From IMG/VR virus record IMGVR_UViG_3300042868_009489: a DNA stretch of 64,000 nt; one strand, 5' to 3'. Positions 21,101 through 32,554 of the stretch are shown here, piece by piece. The notes under the pieces are model-generated. The model was not told the origin of the DNA, ran no database searches, and saw only the letters and a list, made by a program, of their open reading frames with translations. The stretch comes from a virus. A program made the position numbers and the translations under genes. Each line of letters opens with the position of its first letter. Position 1 is the first letter of the stretch.

Positions 21101-23892
21101 ACTTGGTCGGTACTATTTATTCCCTTCCTGTAGGCATCTATTCTGTCTGCTCCAGAAAATGCTGCACCAGTTTCAAAAGTAGAAGTAATGGCAACATCAT
21201 CTGCTAACCTACGAGAACCAGGTGGATGGACATCTTCATATCTTGCTTGTCTTGATAGTGTTGCTGTATATTCTGCAGTTAGAACTGCTGACCAATTTGC
21301 GCTAAAGCTTAACGTTGATTCGCTTGACTGGTTATAAGAATTAAAGATAGAAAAATTAAACGTATAGTTTTTATAACCATTAGATGAAGATATTGAACTA
21401 GAAAGTCCATCGTTTATTTCTTTGGTTGACGATCTATACAATCTCTCCCTTATAACATAAGGCCCAAATCCACCAGGTATGGTAAATTGAGCTGATGGAG
21501 AATCGGTGTAAGCATACATTGGTCCATTTACACTATCGTTATTTACTCTAAATAAACCATAGGAGGTTGGTATTTCTCTACCACTTTGTATATCTTGCGT
21601 GTAAGAAAGACCTCTACCTTTTATTATAGTAGCATTTGCAATTTCCACATCATCATTTGTTACCTCTATAAAAAATTCTAAATTACTAGAATCAATCTCT
21701 TGCAAAGAGATACTATGCTGATCAGCCAAAAAGTCATAAATAGATTTTTTATAAAATTCTAATACTGAAGAATTACTAGGAATTAAATTCCTTGCATATT
21801 TTGAAGTTCCCACAGCATTTTCATTGCCTACTTTAATGAGAGAATATGATTCTTTCTTCTCATCTTCGAGTAAAGCGTTTCCATTTAATACATATGAAGA
21901 CTGCCAACTTGAAACCTGATAATACATTGATGATCTTAGGTCTTTAACCTTACTTGAAAATATTCTATTTAATAATGCCACTGAACATGCATTGTATAGT
22001 AGTTTCATTGGCCCTTCTATTGCCGCCACAGCAGTAAACGTAGCTTGAACTATATTACTTGGACCACTGTTGCTCGTTGCTATATCAAAGATAGAAGATG
22101 GTTGATATATGTCATTGCAATACTTAAGCATCGGTGTAGTTGTGGCCAATAGTGCGCCCTTGGATAGTGAATCAGTAGAAGGGATAAACTCTAGACTAAC
22201 GAACACCGGCTTGTTTCTAGAGTTACTTAATACAACATTATTGGTTGAAATATTTCCAGTAAATTCTCTTACTGTTTTTTTAGTTGTAAGATTAGAAAGA
22301 TTACTTCTTCCGAATATTGAATATACATCATAGCTGATGTCGTCTACGGTTAATCTTTCAAAAATGCCTGGATTAATTGGCCAAGCATTTGTTTTATCTT
22401 CATCAAGAAAAAGATTTTCCTGATTATAAGTCCATGTATCTAATGGGTACTCTTCAGTGCTAACTGATAAAGCTGGATCTATTGCCTGTGCGCCAGTATA
22501 ATCATTTGGTACTGCCGATGCTGTTACGACGGAAAGCTTTGATAAATCTAGCACCAGTGTTCCCTGAGTCTGTTCTAGATACTTCTTTATCTTCAGACCT
22601 TGTTCTGCTATTATTCGGGAGCTAGGAGTCCAGGTTACTATATCATATAAAGACAGTTGATCATCGGTAACTGTGTCTATGTTCAATAACCAATACAATG
22701 CTTGATTCTTACCATAAACATCGCTAGATGCTGATAGCGGGTTTGTATATGTGTACTTAGATGTATTGAATGGGGACTGCTCTAACCTCAGAAAGGCATA
22801 CGGATTTGCTGCGCCAAAGTCATTAGACTGCTGCATGCCAGCTATCTGTGCTGTTGTTGATAATACTGCACAGTTAATTACTTTTTGTTTTATAGAGCTT
22901 TCTGAATCTATTTCTTCACCATTGTTTATAGAAGAAACATCAACGGATCTTTTAACCTTAGTAATCAATCTCCAGTTAAAAGACTCATAAGTTCTATTGT
23001 CTGATAAAGCTTTTTTAGGAACAAAGATCTCAAAACCCTCTGCTCTAGCATTCGTGCTATTGATTAAATTATTTTTTGCTGTAATAGATTTTTTACTATA
23101 TATTTTTTTTGACCTAGAAGAATTATCTACAACAATTGATTCCTCTGCAACTCTATTGAAAATACTAACAGTATTAATATTTTCTTTATATTGAGGAACA
23201 GTTGAGGATATCGACTCAGTTGAAGATAGTATAACTTTATCATAAACCAATGATAAATCTACTGGAGATGGGCTATCAAATAAAACTATTATCTTAGAAG
23301 GCAGATTGGATCTATTTGAATAGATCGGTAAATCTAATTCCTCAATTAATATTCTATATTTTTTCAAACCAGTAGATTGATCTACATACTCAAAACCATT
23401 TTTATCAATGACCTTAATTGATTTTGGAACACTAGACTCTAGCAAGAAATCATCAAGTCCATCATATCCATAAGAGCTCCTTGGCAGGAGCGTGTAGTAT
23501 CTAGAGACATAAAAAGAATGAACAAATCCATTCTTCTCAATATCTCCAGTGTAGTATTTTTTATCTAGTGCACGTACGTTTAAGAACGTATCACTTACAC
23601 TGATATCATCTGAATCAAATACGGTATAGCCATCTGAATCTTCTAATATTCCTAGTTCGTTAGCAAAGACTATTTTATTCTTTGCAGATCTATTTGAAGC
23701 ATTGATATTTGAAGAGTATGAATTCTCTGGTATAAAATTGGACAGATCTGTTACTGAAATATTATTGGCTGGAGTTATTGGCTTTGAATTAAACCAAGCT
23801 AAAGCGGTTGAGGAATCATCTAGTGGTAAATTATTTACTTTTCTTATTTTTTTTTGACTACTGTTGTCAATATTTAAATTAAACTTATCCAC
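18157..23892 (-). CDS. Large virion protein with an internal peptidoglycan-binding domain
   Basis: 1911 aa; PG_binding_1-like segment YIQISMREAG...SGKYETNTLNAVKAFQ...NGTVDSET; C-terminal LRLKGGGL...FWD...GGFIII.LP. Confidence 0.75.
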   Translation of the reverse strand: MDKFNLNIDNSSQKKIRKVNNLPLDDSSTALAWFNSKPITPANNISVTDLSNFIPENSYSSNINASNRSAKNKIVFANELGILEDSDGYTVFDSDDISVSDTFLNVRALDKKYYTGDIEKNGFVHSFYVSRYYTLLPRSSYGYDGLDDFLLESSVPKSIKVIDKNGFEYVDQSTGLKKYRILIEELDLPIYSNRSNLPSKIIVLFDSPSPVDLSLVYDKVILSSTESISSTVPQYKENINTVSIFNRVAEESIVVDNSSRSKKIYSKKSITAKNNLINSTNARAEGFEIFVPKKALSDNRTYESFNWRLITKVKRSVDVSSINNGEEIDSESSIKQKVINCAVLSTTAQIAGMQQSNDFGAANPYAFLRLEQSPFNTSKYTYTNPLSASSDVYGKNQALYWLLNIDTVTDDQLSLYDIVTWTPSSRIIAEQGLKIKKYLEQTQGTLVLDLSKLSVVTASAVPNDYTGAQAIDPALSVSTEEYPLDTWTYNQENLFLDEDKTNAWPINPGIFERLTVDDISYDVYSIFGRSNLSNLTTKKTVREFTGNISTNNVVLSNSRNKPVFVSLEFIPSTDSLSKGALLATTTPMLKYCNDIYQPSSIFDIATSNSGPSNIVQATFTAVAAIEGPMKLLYNACSVALLNRIFSSKVKDLRSSMYYQVSSWQSSYVLNGNALLEDEKKESYSLIKVGNENAVGTSKYARNLIPSNSSVLEFYKKSIYDFLADQHSISLQEIDSSNLEFFIEVTNDDVEIANATIIKGRGLSYTQDIQSGREIPTSYGLFRVNNDSVNGPMYAYTDSPSAQFTIPGGFGPYVIRERLYRSSTKEINDGLSSSISSSNGYKNYTFNFSIFNSYNQSSESTLSFSANWSAVLTAEYTATLSRQARYEDVHPPGSRRLADDVAITSTFETGAAFSGADRIDAYRKGINSTDQVNNFLYTGDIQAGNIIGAYAPGKPGMLADYIKYIQISMREAGILVAGKLPELSGKYETNTLNAVKAFQISINARFENGTVDSETKSLIAIHVWKSIKNSDPTRYSSIISRLQVNNPTVIKYITAAADAIELADLPNRDWNYRKITFTGQSGPLKLVDSIFLAVPFDQIPFDGITQQDLKNQVLKSVTIYPGTFAGAPSYKGIALKQAVVYSGPDRAGKQVIKGAAEYTTKEFTIEVNKPMAECMFFAFQFNGGSLGGKHGSFAEGYSLNKVIFEIGYTLDTFNAETIVESGYRLDTTTAPVEIKFNVAGSVTGISPNKAEVIDLNGVKSTKYATTPVSITYPTWSGEKTLDLSNTTINFSSTSYSPPYTPYSDSNLEPQYKDESISINLTQAKAVSIDSNTFTAANVVSATGNPVNSSDLNLSISSNRLVFETSSLIYENSNVIKSDEKLLNNYWLKKTDGSIIKSAKNAISVLDGLVLLIQPSLDPDKVGKPYGIDLQSFVNTLSTDREFNTDYGSFILTNNTRDDGGFLYGFYDNKKKEFLGNNLYYVDYISRGPENVYIAALAVDADGNLGNGIDFFGPKTSGKIIPSSIPVKMACPIYNVEYVPSSRIGISSIPPNLSKLQQWPLYITSGSFTKDIYINPAYGWTSWAEKYTGKVLRATYSTLNMSNVIWSQIAGKPYISIINETPIVLSSKRYQLMQVPIATFMEPSQMECGSVVNWVDFETRESVDSPWTAVDSSLIRNINSQTGIVDFITSITSDPDLIRVSYTAKSNGIPLKQINGRVIPLNPFLNKNTVETEKPLHIYIKPIRIEVRSSSQDGYVWDYVSDYSYDSPVDFTYNTSIFDPYNSVNYDPFSLQIGLVHVLNSVDVKDLAIEDLRLKGGGLKATMGKTIDVQSYGSLDINKVFKEVKEASSFWDVYPPDQQAYSKGGFIIIKLPKEVLNNFTSEAELYGIISKNITAGVAYKIQDMEGNDWGVLS

Positions 23893-23894
23893 AA

Positions 23895-26800
23895 TTAATC
23901 CTCATAATCCTTTATTAAGTTAGAGTAATCTGAAATAACATATGGGGTTGCACCAAAATATCCAGCTTGGTACTGATCGTATCTTGGAATTGGCAGCCAT
24001 TGTGGCGGCGTCCATCTAGGCGTTGATTCAGTATTATCTACTATGTTTTCATTATAGTAACTAATTCTAAACGTTGGAGTAGAATATATATTCAATGATT
24101 TACTAATATCATGATTAATTATATCAGGTATCTTTAATCCGGGCACAAAATTGATGTCCACATTATCATAAGATTCGTACCAGAATAGAACATCGCCAAC
24201 TGATGTATTTGGAGTCAAAGATGGAGTTGAGCTTAACTCGGAATCGATAGCCATAAACCAATACCCAGGAGTTGCTCTTTCCTGAGAAGGAACTGGACCT
24301 ATCTCAAACTTTCCATTAATATCTGTATAGACTATGCCTGAAGTAGTATTCTTATCTGGCACCGAATTTGAGTTACTATATGCCACTTCATTTAGGGTCG
24401 AATATAGGTATCTAGATTTTCTCCAGTAAATCACGCTATTTTTACTTGGAGCATTGTCGGTTGTTAGTATTCCTGATATGGTCGTAGATGAGACTCCATC
24501 AGCATTGATGATGCTTGGGTTGGCTGACGCCAATAGTGTTGTATCTTCAGCCTTTGAAGAATATACTGGAATAAACTCAGCGTATACAAATCCACTAGTT
24601 TCACTATCGGCGTGGGCTAATGGATTAGCTGGATACTCTACTCCACTAATTAAGATTTTAACATTGTTGTTTTCAGCGATGTTTCCACTTTCGTAAACTG
24701 CATTCGTAGAAGCAAAACCTTCGTCATCTGTTGTTATAACATTGCTATCAAAAGTCAGCTGGTGTAGTTGGGATGAAAGACTAAAGCTTTGATATGGTTT
24801 TGGGTTTCCCTCAGTGTCTATGGATATTATACTTATGGTTACATAATCATTTCCATCATCTAAGATGTAACCTGGCGAAATATATGCTTTTATTCTATTG
24901 AAATCATATGTTGCACTCGATGCAATTACATAGCCCTTTTCTAGAAGTGAACTTGTTTGTCCAAAATTTAGATCAAGAGGTGTTGAGTCTTCATATATCG
25001 AAGATTCATATATGATTTCATAGTTCATTGTAGCATTGGGAGTGGCATCAAAAACTATCTTTGAGTAGTATGAGGAATCATTGAGTATATTATCTACATA
25101 ATATGAATTAACAACCTTATATTTTATATAATAGTCTCTATCTCTTTTAAACTCATATGTAGATTTATCCAACTTAATAAATGAATTATCTGTTGAAAGA
25201 TTACTCAATAGAAGCTCTCCAGTATAACCATCTGTAATAGAAAGATTATAAACATTCTTATAACCAAGATAAAAACTATTATCAGACTTAGGCTGTAGGA
25301 CTTCTGTATTATAGAATCCAAAATGCCTTGGAGAAGACTCATCAGGAAATCCCACCTCAGTATAAATTTCAGGAGTTGCTGAACCGATTAATTTAACATT
25401 TACTATGACTGGAGCACCTTGTCTAGGTGTATTACTTAGTGTTACCTCTTTTAATAATCCAGTTTTAACTTCAGTTACCGGTTTAGCATAGACGTAATAT
25501 TCATTATTATTCAAGTGAATCCAACCAGTATTAATTCTGGCGTCTAGTCTTGCGTCGTATAATTTTCCTCTAACTATAAAGTTGTTGAATACAGTAGTAT
25601 TTCTTGCTAGGTCATATGACTCAGAAATAGAATTACCTGGATATTTTAAACTCTTCGTAGTGTAGTTAGCGTCTTCGTAGATGTTAGATATGCCATTTGA
25701 TTCAAGAACATATGTTCTATTTAGGAATGGATTAACTATTTTTTGTTCTGACCAAACTGATACATTTACAGATTCAGGATCTAAAACTTCAATTGTTTCA
25801 AAGAAGTATTTAAATTTTTCAGAACCAGATAAACCAAAACCTTCTCTTGTTAATTCTGGTAGTGAAATGTAATTAGTATTTTTACCCGGAACGTATTCAC
25901 CATTTAAAGAGTTGTAACTGATTACCCCATATTCATCAACGTATCCAGAGATGGGAGAAGCGTGTGTCAGCTCAAAGGGATCCCAGTTAACTATTTCAAA
26001 TGGATAAATTGAACTATCTTGAGTTGATATGGTAAGCGAATTTGGAGTACTGGTATATGGATAGCTAAGCTGGGTAAAGTAATATGATGCGGTTGCGGCA
26101 GATCCGTTTACTGTAGTTGTCCCAATTTGATTATTTGAACTAGGTGTTGCAAGATTTGAACTATTAAACCTTATGCTTATATTAGGCGAAGATGGGATGA
26201 ATACTTCTCTGTCTGTTTCTAGATAATAAGAAACACCACCATATCCAGAAAAAACTGAATTATCATCGAAGTAATCTAGATCTGCGTTTACTGGTTTTAA
26301 ATTCTTAATAAATATTTGCCTTGGTGTTGCCCCCACTGGCATTATTATATTAGATACAATTCTATTATGGTCAATCGAATAACCACTTGGTGGCGTGGCA
26401 ACGTTATTGATGACGATTTCAGACTCTTGCGGAGTTGTATATTTGGTTACCTGGACTGGGTTATACAGCTTTGAAAGAATTTGTAGTTGTGTACTCTGAG
26501 CAAAGTTTGGTGTTGCCGACAACAGCGTTTCGCTACTTATTAGATTCGCTGTCCTGTGAGAAAACTTTGCTTCAAAGTCATTAGAGTTTGGCGTTGCATA
26601 GGTTGAGCCATTCCATAATCCATTTTTGATAACAATATTTAATATCTCAGATACTTCTAATCTAGATGTGTTAATCGAACTTTTTGTATCTTTATATCCA
26701 GATAATGTTTGTTTTTCTTTTAGTGAATACTTCGATGAAACATATCCTTCCGTATCAAATATTTCTATAGAATTATATTCCGGGTAAGCTGAGTGAGTTG

Positions 26801-28668
26801 GAGTAAAATTATTTCTTGGATAAAATGTCAAAGGTGTAAAAAATGTTATTGGCGTTGCATATGATCCATGCGGGGTAGCACTAAACTCAAGAGTTAAATT
26901 TACAGTAGCTGCTGGATTATTGTATTCGGTAATTTCATATGAACCATAATACTCATACTGAAGTTTTACTGGTTCATACTTTAAAGAAGTGCTAACATTC
27001 TTCTTGCCTTTGGCAACTATTGAGGTTTCAAAAAACTGAGGAGTTGCATCGTAGTTAGTAACAAATAACCCAGCGTCGTTTAAGTCTCCAACTCCTGGTT
27101 GATAATATGGTATTGCAATTTCTTCATCATAGTATCTAGAGCGAATTCTATTAACGCCTTCATTGTCCTCTCCAGCATAGTCCCAGATGCTATCTCCAAA
27201 TCTAAAGTATCCCCAATTAGTAGGGTATCTAACGTTTAGATCGTCTACTAGTTTTTTAAATAAATCAGTTGGATTACCATCTGCCGTAAAGTACGGAGTG
27301 GAATATTCAATGTCTGATATTTCTAAAATTTCAGGTGTAGCGCCTGGGTAACTAGAAGATGGAGTGGCACCAAAAGCTTTCCAAAGATTCAACTCTCTTC
27401 TAAGAACTTTTTTAAATGATTCTATATCTGCGCCATTTGGATTCTTAAATACGTCTAAAATTCTTTCCTTATAGGAAGCGTTTGATTCGAGATGCATTCT
27501 AAATAGGCCAACTCTTGCACCCATTTCGTCGAACCAATTGTATTTCAATACTGGTGTTTGAGTTAAGGGAGTTAAGATACCAGTATTTTCACTCTTGATT
27601 GAGAGCTCTGCATATGGTTTTATTGTTAGAATTTCTCTATTTAAAGGGTTGTGATAAAAAACATCATCAGATGTTTTTGACTTATAAAAATCAACAAGAT
27701 TATCAACTCTTCCAAGTTCTATAGCGTTATTAGATAATACCTTATTGAAAATATTTGTTACATTTGTAGAAGAATACAACCAAGCTAATTGATTAACATC
27801 AGCTCTTTCTATAAAAGAGTTGATTCTAAATATATCTATTTCCCTATCAAAGTCATCTAAATCTTCACCAATAACTGCATTTAAAAATTTGCCAGCTGTT
27901 GATTTTGGTATATATAAACTAGGGGTAGCCTGCTCTACTGAGTCTTCATATAGATGCATCCACGAGGGGAATCTGCCCAATACATTTTTTGTTGAACGTG
28001 AAAGTACTGGATTAGAAGGTTCCGATATAGCTATTTCTATTAGAAGAAGAAAGCTTAAGGATGTTAATACTTCTAATTCTGTATTAACTACTACTTCAAA
28101 TTTTGCATATCGTTTTACATCCTTGGATAAGAGTATCGATCCCAGAGCATTAGAGGTTGTAGTTACTGCTAACAGCCATGGTCCGATTTTTACTATCTGA
28201 TTCGTATATATTTAAATCAAAAGTAATTGATTCAAGACTATTCAAAGAACTAGAAAAAGCTCCCTTGAAAGTTCTTATATCAATACGAGAAGAAGTATCT
28301 ATAAATCTATATAGGTAATCCTCTTCGGAATCTGCTGTAAAGATTGGGGTGCCTGATCCGTCTGCATCAAAAACTAAATATTCACCCTGATTTGAATCAA
28401 AATATAAGTGAGGACTTACTTCAGGATCACGATATAATTCGCCAGTATCAGTAACTGCATATGCATCTTGTATAGTTGGCGTTGCACCCTCTATTATACT
28501 GGTTCCAGTATAGATATAATCACCTAGTGAATTTAAACCAGTAGCTGATCTAGCGTATGAAAAGTTTTTATAAAACTTATTTGAATAAAGGTCAATTACA
28601 CTGGAGGTCCATAAATTACTACTTTTAATGAAGTCTCCAGTGTTAAAGCTTAACAAATAGGTTTTCAT
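23895..28668 (-). CDS. Baseplate wedge/tail protein with C-terminal Ig-like domains, 1590 aa when joined by a +1 shift at CGG-A (28183-28185)
   Basis: The 172-aa ORF joins the 1361-aa ORF through a stop-free bridge (ESDSKN-G-PWLLAV...KNVLGRFPSWM). FDEMGARVGLFR..ESN..YKERI is baseplate-like, and ANPSIINADGVSSTTISG is Big_1-like. Confidence 0.75.
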
Positions 28669-28679
28669 TTATTAAACTC

Positions 28680-29897
28680 CTAAACCGCATCTAGCCAAAT
28701 ACTGTATTCGCAAGTAACTCCATTCTCGGGGTGAACGAACATCAAATGCTGACACGGTCTGCTCATTGAGGAGAAATACTCTTGAGCATAAGTGTTATAG
28801 CTTTCTGGTGAACCTGAGACCCTGAGCATTGAGCTACCTATGGTCATTTTAAATTGCTGATGATAGTGGCCCATAAATATATCTTCGAAGTGCTCTGGGA
28901 TTGCGCCATCTTTCCACCCCATTGCCCTCTTATAGTAGCCATGATACTGCCCTGGTGCAGGCATTTGATCACCATGAATTAGCAAGGAACTATAGTTACC
29001 TATGGTGTCTACAGCGTACCAATGTCTTTCGCCTTTTCCATCTGGAATATTAAAGGTTATTCTTGGCTCTTGTCTTCCTTCTTTATAGAAGAATTCCATT
29101 GACTTATAAAGCAGTCTGTCCATGTTTGTTTCTGGATCATGCATCTTTCTACCGCGTCCGCCCACTGCGCCATGATTTCCTATCACTCCAGTAACGTGTA
29201 CGTGCTCAAAGTGCTGCAATACGGTGTCAAAGAACTTACTTAGAATTGCTGGACCGTTAACGCCTACTTGTCTGTAGAGTCCAGAATCTATTAAGTGAGC
29301 TTGTCCTGGAAATATTTCTTCACCCTCTACTATATCACCCAGTAGCCATACGTGAAGATTCTTAACAGGATGATGCTTCCTTTGTATCTCTGTTATTTCT
29401 AGCAGTTTCTGAGTATAGATTTCTATTCTCTGTGCTAAAACTTCAGAATTATAATCAGGAGTTATCTTACCCAACTGCCAATCCGCAAATACCGCTACTG
29501 CTGTTTCAGGAACCCCTGGTAACACCTTAAGTGTTGGGCCCTTAATAGGGGCAGTGTCAATAGATGAAAAGGCATCGAATGCAGCTTGATAGACTGCATA
29601 AACTGTTTCATCTTTTACGTTCTTATTCTTTTCAGCTATTCTAGCCAAACGTCTATTTTCAGATCTTAAAAAGATAGATTGATCAGCTGCCGTAGCTTCA
29701 TGACTATCTAAGAAGATTTGAGCGTCTTGCTCTTCTTCGTTCCATACTTCTTTTATTTCAGTTTCAATAATTTCACAATCATCATGTAGTACTTCGCCAG
29801 GAAAGTTGTCATACCCTTCTGATACCATTCTTGCATGGGTCATGTTTTTTGCTTTTACTATCTGTTTTCTAATAACAGAGTAAGTTTGTTCAGACAT
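28680..29897 (-). CDS. Calcineurin-like metallophosphoesterase
   Basis: ADWQLGK, LGDIVEG, GNHG, HGD and GHYH motifs. Confidence 0.85.
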   Translation of the reverse strand: MSEQTYSVIRKQIVKAKNMTHARMVSEGYDNFPGEVLHDDCEIIETEIKEVWNEEEQDAQIFLDSHEATAADQSIFLRSENRRLARIAEKNKNVKDETVYAVYQAAFDAFSSIDTAPIKGPTLKVLPGVPETAVAVFADWQLGKITPDYNSEVLAQRIEIYTQKLLEITEIQRKHHPVKNLHVWLLGDIVEGEEIFPGQAHLIDSGLYRQVGVNGPAILSKFFDTVLQHFEHVHVTGVIGNHGAVGGRGRKMHDPETNMDRLLYKSMEFFYKEGRQEPRITFNIPDGKGERHWYAVDTIGNYSSLLIHGDQMPAPGQYHGYYKRAMGWKDGAIPEHFEDIFMGHYHQQFKMTIGSSMLRVSGSPESYNTYAQEYFSSMSRPCQHLMFVHPENGVTCEYSIWLDAV

Positions 29898-29920
29898 TAA
29901 TTTACACCTTTTCTACTAGT

Positions 29921-31081
29921 TTACGCTCCCATTATAACAGAGAATAGGCTAAGCGTACCAGCAGCCATGTAACTTTTATCGTCAGATAGTCTATAATCTT
30001 TATTGGGTATATTTCTATTGTCTACTTTAATATTACCAACAGTGACAGACATAATTAGCTCTGAAGAAAGCTTCATCTGTCTTTCTATTTCTGATATTGA
30101 AACTGAATCACCAATTGTAAGACTGTTTAAATATCTGTTTAAGAAAATCTTTGACTGATTTTCCACACTCCTAGCAATTGCTCCTGTTGTTCCTTCTCTT
30201 AATGTTAAGGTAGCTGAAACATCTACTAATTTTTTAGTAGCTATTCTTAAGTTCATATTAATGCCAACCGGTTTAACGGATTTAATTTTTTCATAAACCA
30301 ACTGGCTCATTATACTTATCCCAGCTTGTGTTTCTGGTATAACTACTATATCGCATGTGCCAACACCGAGAGAAGCTTCTCTTATTTTTACATCTCTAAC
30401 ACCCTTAACTGATAAGGCTGCAAACCTAACGGATTCTGCAGTACCTGATGCGGAACCTCTAATCGCTGAAACTATTCTTCTTCTATAGTTATCGTCAGAT
30501 TCTGAGTTAAGGCTACTGTAAACTTCTTTTGGATTATTACAGTACACTACGATACCCGGAGGTGATATGAAATTATGTCTCACCAAGGTGTTTCTAGCTG
30601 CAGTCACATTGTTATCTGCAAATTTTGCTTTAACTGAACCATAGGCTCTTGTGTTACCTGTTGCTATGACAATATCTGAATTTAGCTCATATTGATACTG
30701 AGTTGAAGAAAACGCTGTGGCATCGTTATATACAAGCGTTCCTTTTGGAATGGTTACTGTCGAACTATGAGTTGTATTTAAATAAAATTCTATATTTCCA
30801 GTAACTCTTTCTGGAACCAGTTCGGATGATATAGTTCTACGCTGTACGTTATAGAGAGTACCTATCATATCTAGATTGATTCCTGAAGCTGTTGAGAGAT
30901 TAGACTGCTCTATGCTTACCTTTAACGAATTATAAAGATCGCTAATTTCAGAATGAATAGCCTCTGCAAAGGCTCTGGCTATCGATCCAGGAGAGATGGC
31001 ACTAATTCCTGCATTTTTTTGCAGGGAGTTGAGAGTAGCTACCAGCATTTGCTCTTTGCTTTTTATATTAACTGATACCAC
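29921..31081 (-). CDS. Baseplate J-like protein
   Basis: PGSIARAF.EA, ASG.NLD.IG, IPKGT.V, ESDDNYRRRI and IKSVKPVGI. Confidence 0.88.
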   Translation of the reverse strand: MVSVNIKSKEQMLVATLNSLQKNAGISAISPGSIARAFAEAIHSEISDLYNSLKVSIEQSNLSTASGINLDMIGTLYNVQRRTISSELVPERVTGNIEFYLNTTHSSTVTIPKGTLVYNDATAFSSTQYQYELNSDIVIATGNTRAYGSVKAKFADNNVTAARNTLVRHNFISPPGIVVYCNNPKEVYSSLNSESDDNYRRRIVSAIRGSASGTAESVRFAALSVKGVRDVKIREASLGVGTCDIVVIPETQAGISIMSQLVYEKIKSVKPVGINMNLRIATKKLVDVSATLTLREGTTGAIARSVENQSKIFLNRYLNSLTIGDSVSISEIERQMKLSSELIMSVTVGNIKVDNRNIPNKDYRLSDDKSYMAAGTLSLFSVIMGA

Positions 31082-31082
31082 T

Positions 31083-31463
31083 CTAGGCTCCTAAGTCTTG
31101 TGTTATTGACAATATTGTAGGTTCATTCAAATCACCCATTAAATAAACATCAAATCTAATGGAGTCTGCAGAAACCGGTACTGCTTCAATAGTAATTTGT
31201 CTGTTTTTAAAAACCCCTTCTCTTTCTAGGGCTGCGCGAATTAATCTTTTGCCAAAGTCACCAGTTTGAGGGTTTTGAGGCATTCCGTACAGCATCGACA
31301 GCTGCGTCCCTAGTTGAGGGTAAATAAAGAAGTCACCCGGTTCAGTCATCAACCTCATATATACATGCTGTATGTCCTTTTCTGACGCAGATTGGACTAA
31401 GCCTAAATCCCCAGATCCGTTTACTACTAAATCACCACTAAGGCTAATGTAAAAATCAGACAT
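31083..31463 (-). CDS. Baseplate wedge protein (gp25/GpW-like)
   Basis: GDL, RLMTEPGDFFIYPQLGTQL; lies adjacent to baseplate J. Confidence 0.8.
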   Translation of the reverse strand: MSDFYISLSGDLVVNGSGDLGLVQSASEKDIQHVYMRLMTEPGDFFIYPQLGTQLSMLYGMPQNPQTGDFGKRLIRAALEREGVFKNRQITIEAVPVSADSIRFDVYLMGDLNEPTILSITQDLGA

Positions 31464-32190
31464 TATTATCTCCTATACTCTCTATGACTTTATTTATAGC
31501 CTGCTCTATTGAGTAGCTGTCTTCCATGTAATCTTTTATTTTCTCAGTAAAATTACGAACTGGTTCAGTTGAATTCGTAAATTTCTTCCACTGATCCGCA
31601 TTACTATCCCACGCAAATTGAATTAGCGATATTTGTTGTTTTGTAAAATAATTATCTAATAAAGAATTTTCCAATACATCCGATGAAACAACATCGGTGT
31701 CAGTAGTTTTCCCGTAGGCATAGGTGCCATTGATTGTAACTGCCTGTTGTGAGTCTTCCTTATCTATTAAATCTAGATTCTTTATATAATGATCCATATT
31801 TAGAAAAGCTGGATTGTAAGATTTATCATTTGCACTGACAAATGCTGGTTCTGAAAACAAAGTTGCTGAATGGTTAAATTCCATAGAGTTCCATTTTAAA
31901 CCATCTTCTTTTGTAAAAAACTTAATATTGTCTGCAAAAAGAGAAATGGTTTTTGTTGAGCCATTTATAACTATACCTACTCCCGGTGCTGAAAATATTT
32001 CTATATCACCAGAATCCGTTAATCTTATAAAAGATGGATTGTCTGGATGGGTTAGCCCTACTTCTCTTTGAGAGAAGTTTTTTCTCCTATTTAATTCATC
32101 TATCTCAGAAGCGGTGTTTCCTGCTACTGATTCAAAAGACTTTTGTGCGTTAATTTTTTCTGACATTTTATACCATAAACTTTGGTACAC
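31456..32190 (-). CDS. Putative baseplate spike-associated protein
   Basis: Beta-rich SFIRLTDSGDIEIFSAPGVGIVING segment and position in the baseplate cluster. The likely start is MSEKIN at 32166. Confidence 0.55.
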   Translation of the reverse strand: MYQSLWYKMSEKINAQKSFESVAGNTASEIDELNRRKNFSQREVGLTHPDNPSFIRLTDSGDIEIFSAPGVGIVINGSTKTISLFADNIKFFTKEDGLKWNSMEFNHSATLFSEPAFVSANDKSYNPAFLNMDHYIKNLDLIDKEDSQQAVTINGTYAYGKTTDTDVVSSDVLENSLLDNYFTKQQISLIQFAWDSNADQWKKFTNSTEPVRNFTEKIKDYMEDSYSIEQAINKVIESIGDNNV

Positions 32191-32554
32191 CAGTGTCTAC
32201 ACTGTAATTGGGCATGTATCTTCCTACGCTATTTGTATCGTCCATATATGATACTATATGCGGAAATCTTTCATTAGCATCAGCGAAACCAACTATACAT
32301 CTTGTGCCAGCTATTGGGGCAACGCTTTGTATGCCAAGGGTAGATGGACATGGAACGCCTCTTATTATGTTTCCAACTTGGTTTGTCATCCTGTCATCCA
32401 AAACAATTACAGCTGTATTATTCATTTTATTATATGACATAATAGTTCCAGATCTTGTCTTAGACTGCTGAAGCTGATTATTGGCGATGTGTGAATTTAA
32501 TTTTTCATCAAATTTTGGATATTGTTTCATGACTGATCTCCCTGTATACTCCAT
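32168..32554 (-). CDS. Putative baseplate spike (OB-fold, gp5/GpV N-terminal-like)
   Basis: GTIMSYN...VPCP...P.AGTRCIVGF....P.I pattern. The likely start is MKQYPK at 32530. Confidence 0.6.
   Translation of the reverse strand: MEYTGRSVMKQYPKFDEKLNSHIANNQLQQSKTRSGTIMSYNKMNNTAVIVLDDRMTNQVGNIIRGVPCPSTLGIQSVAPIAGTRCIVGFADANERFPHIVSYMDDTNSVGRYMPNYSVDTGVPKFMV

Noticed and set aside
32527-32554. Overlap between the lysin and spike ORFs as another frameshift
   Set aside because: Explained by an ordinary ATGA start-stop overlap with a GGGAG RBS and no in-frame CGG. The ATGA overlap at 18157-18175 likewise has no in-frame CGG.
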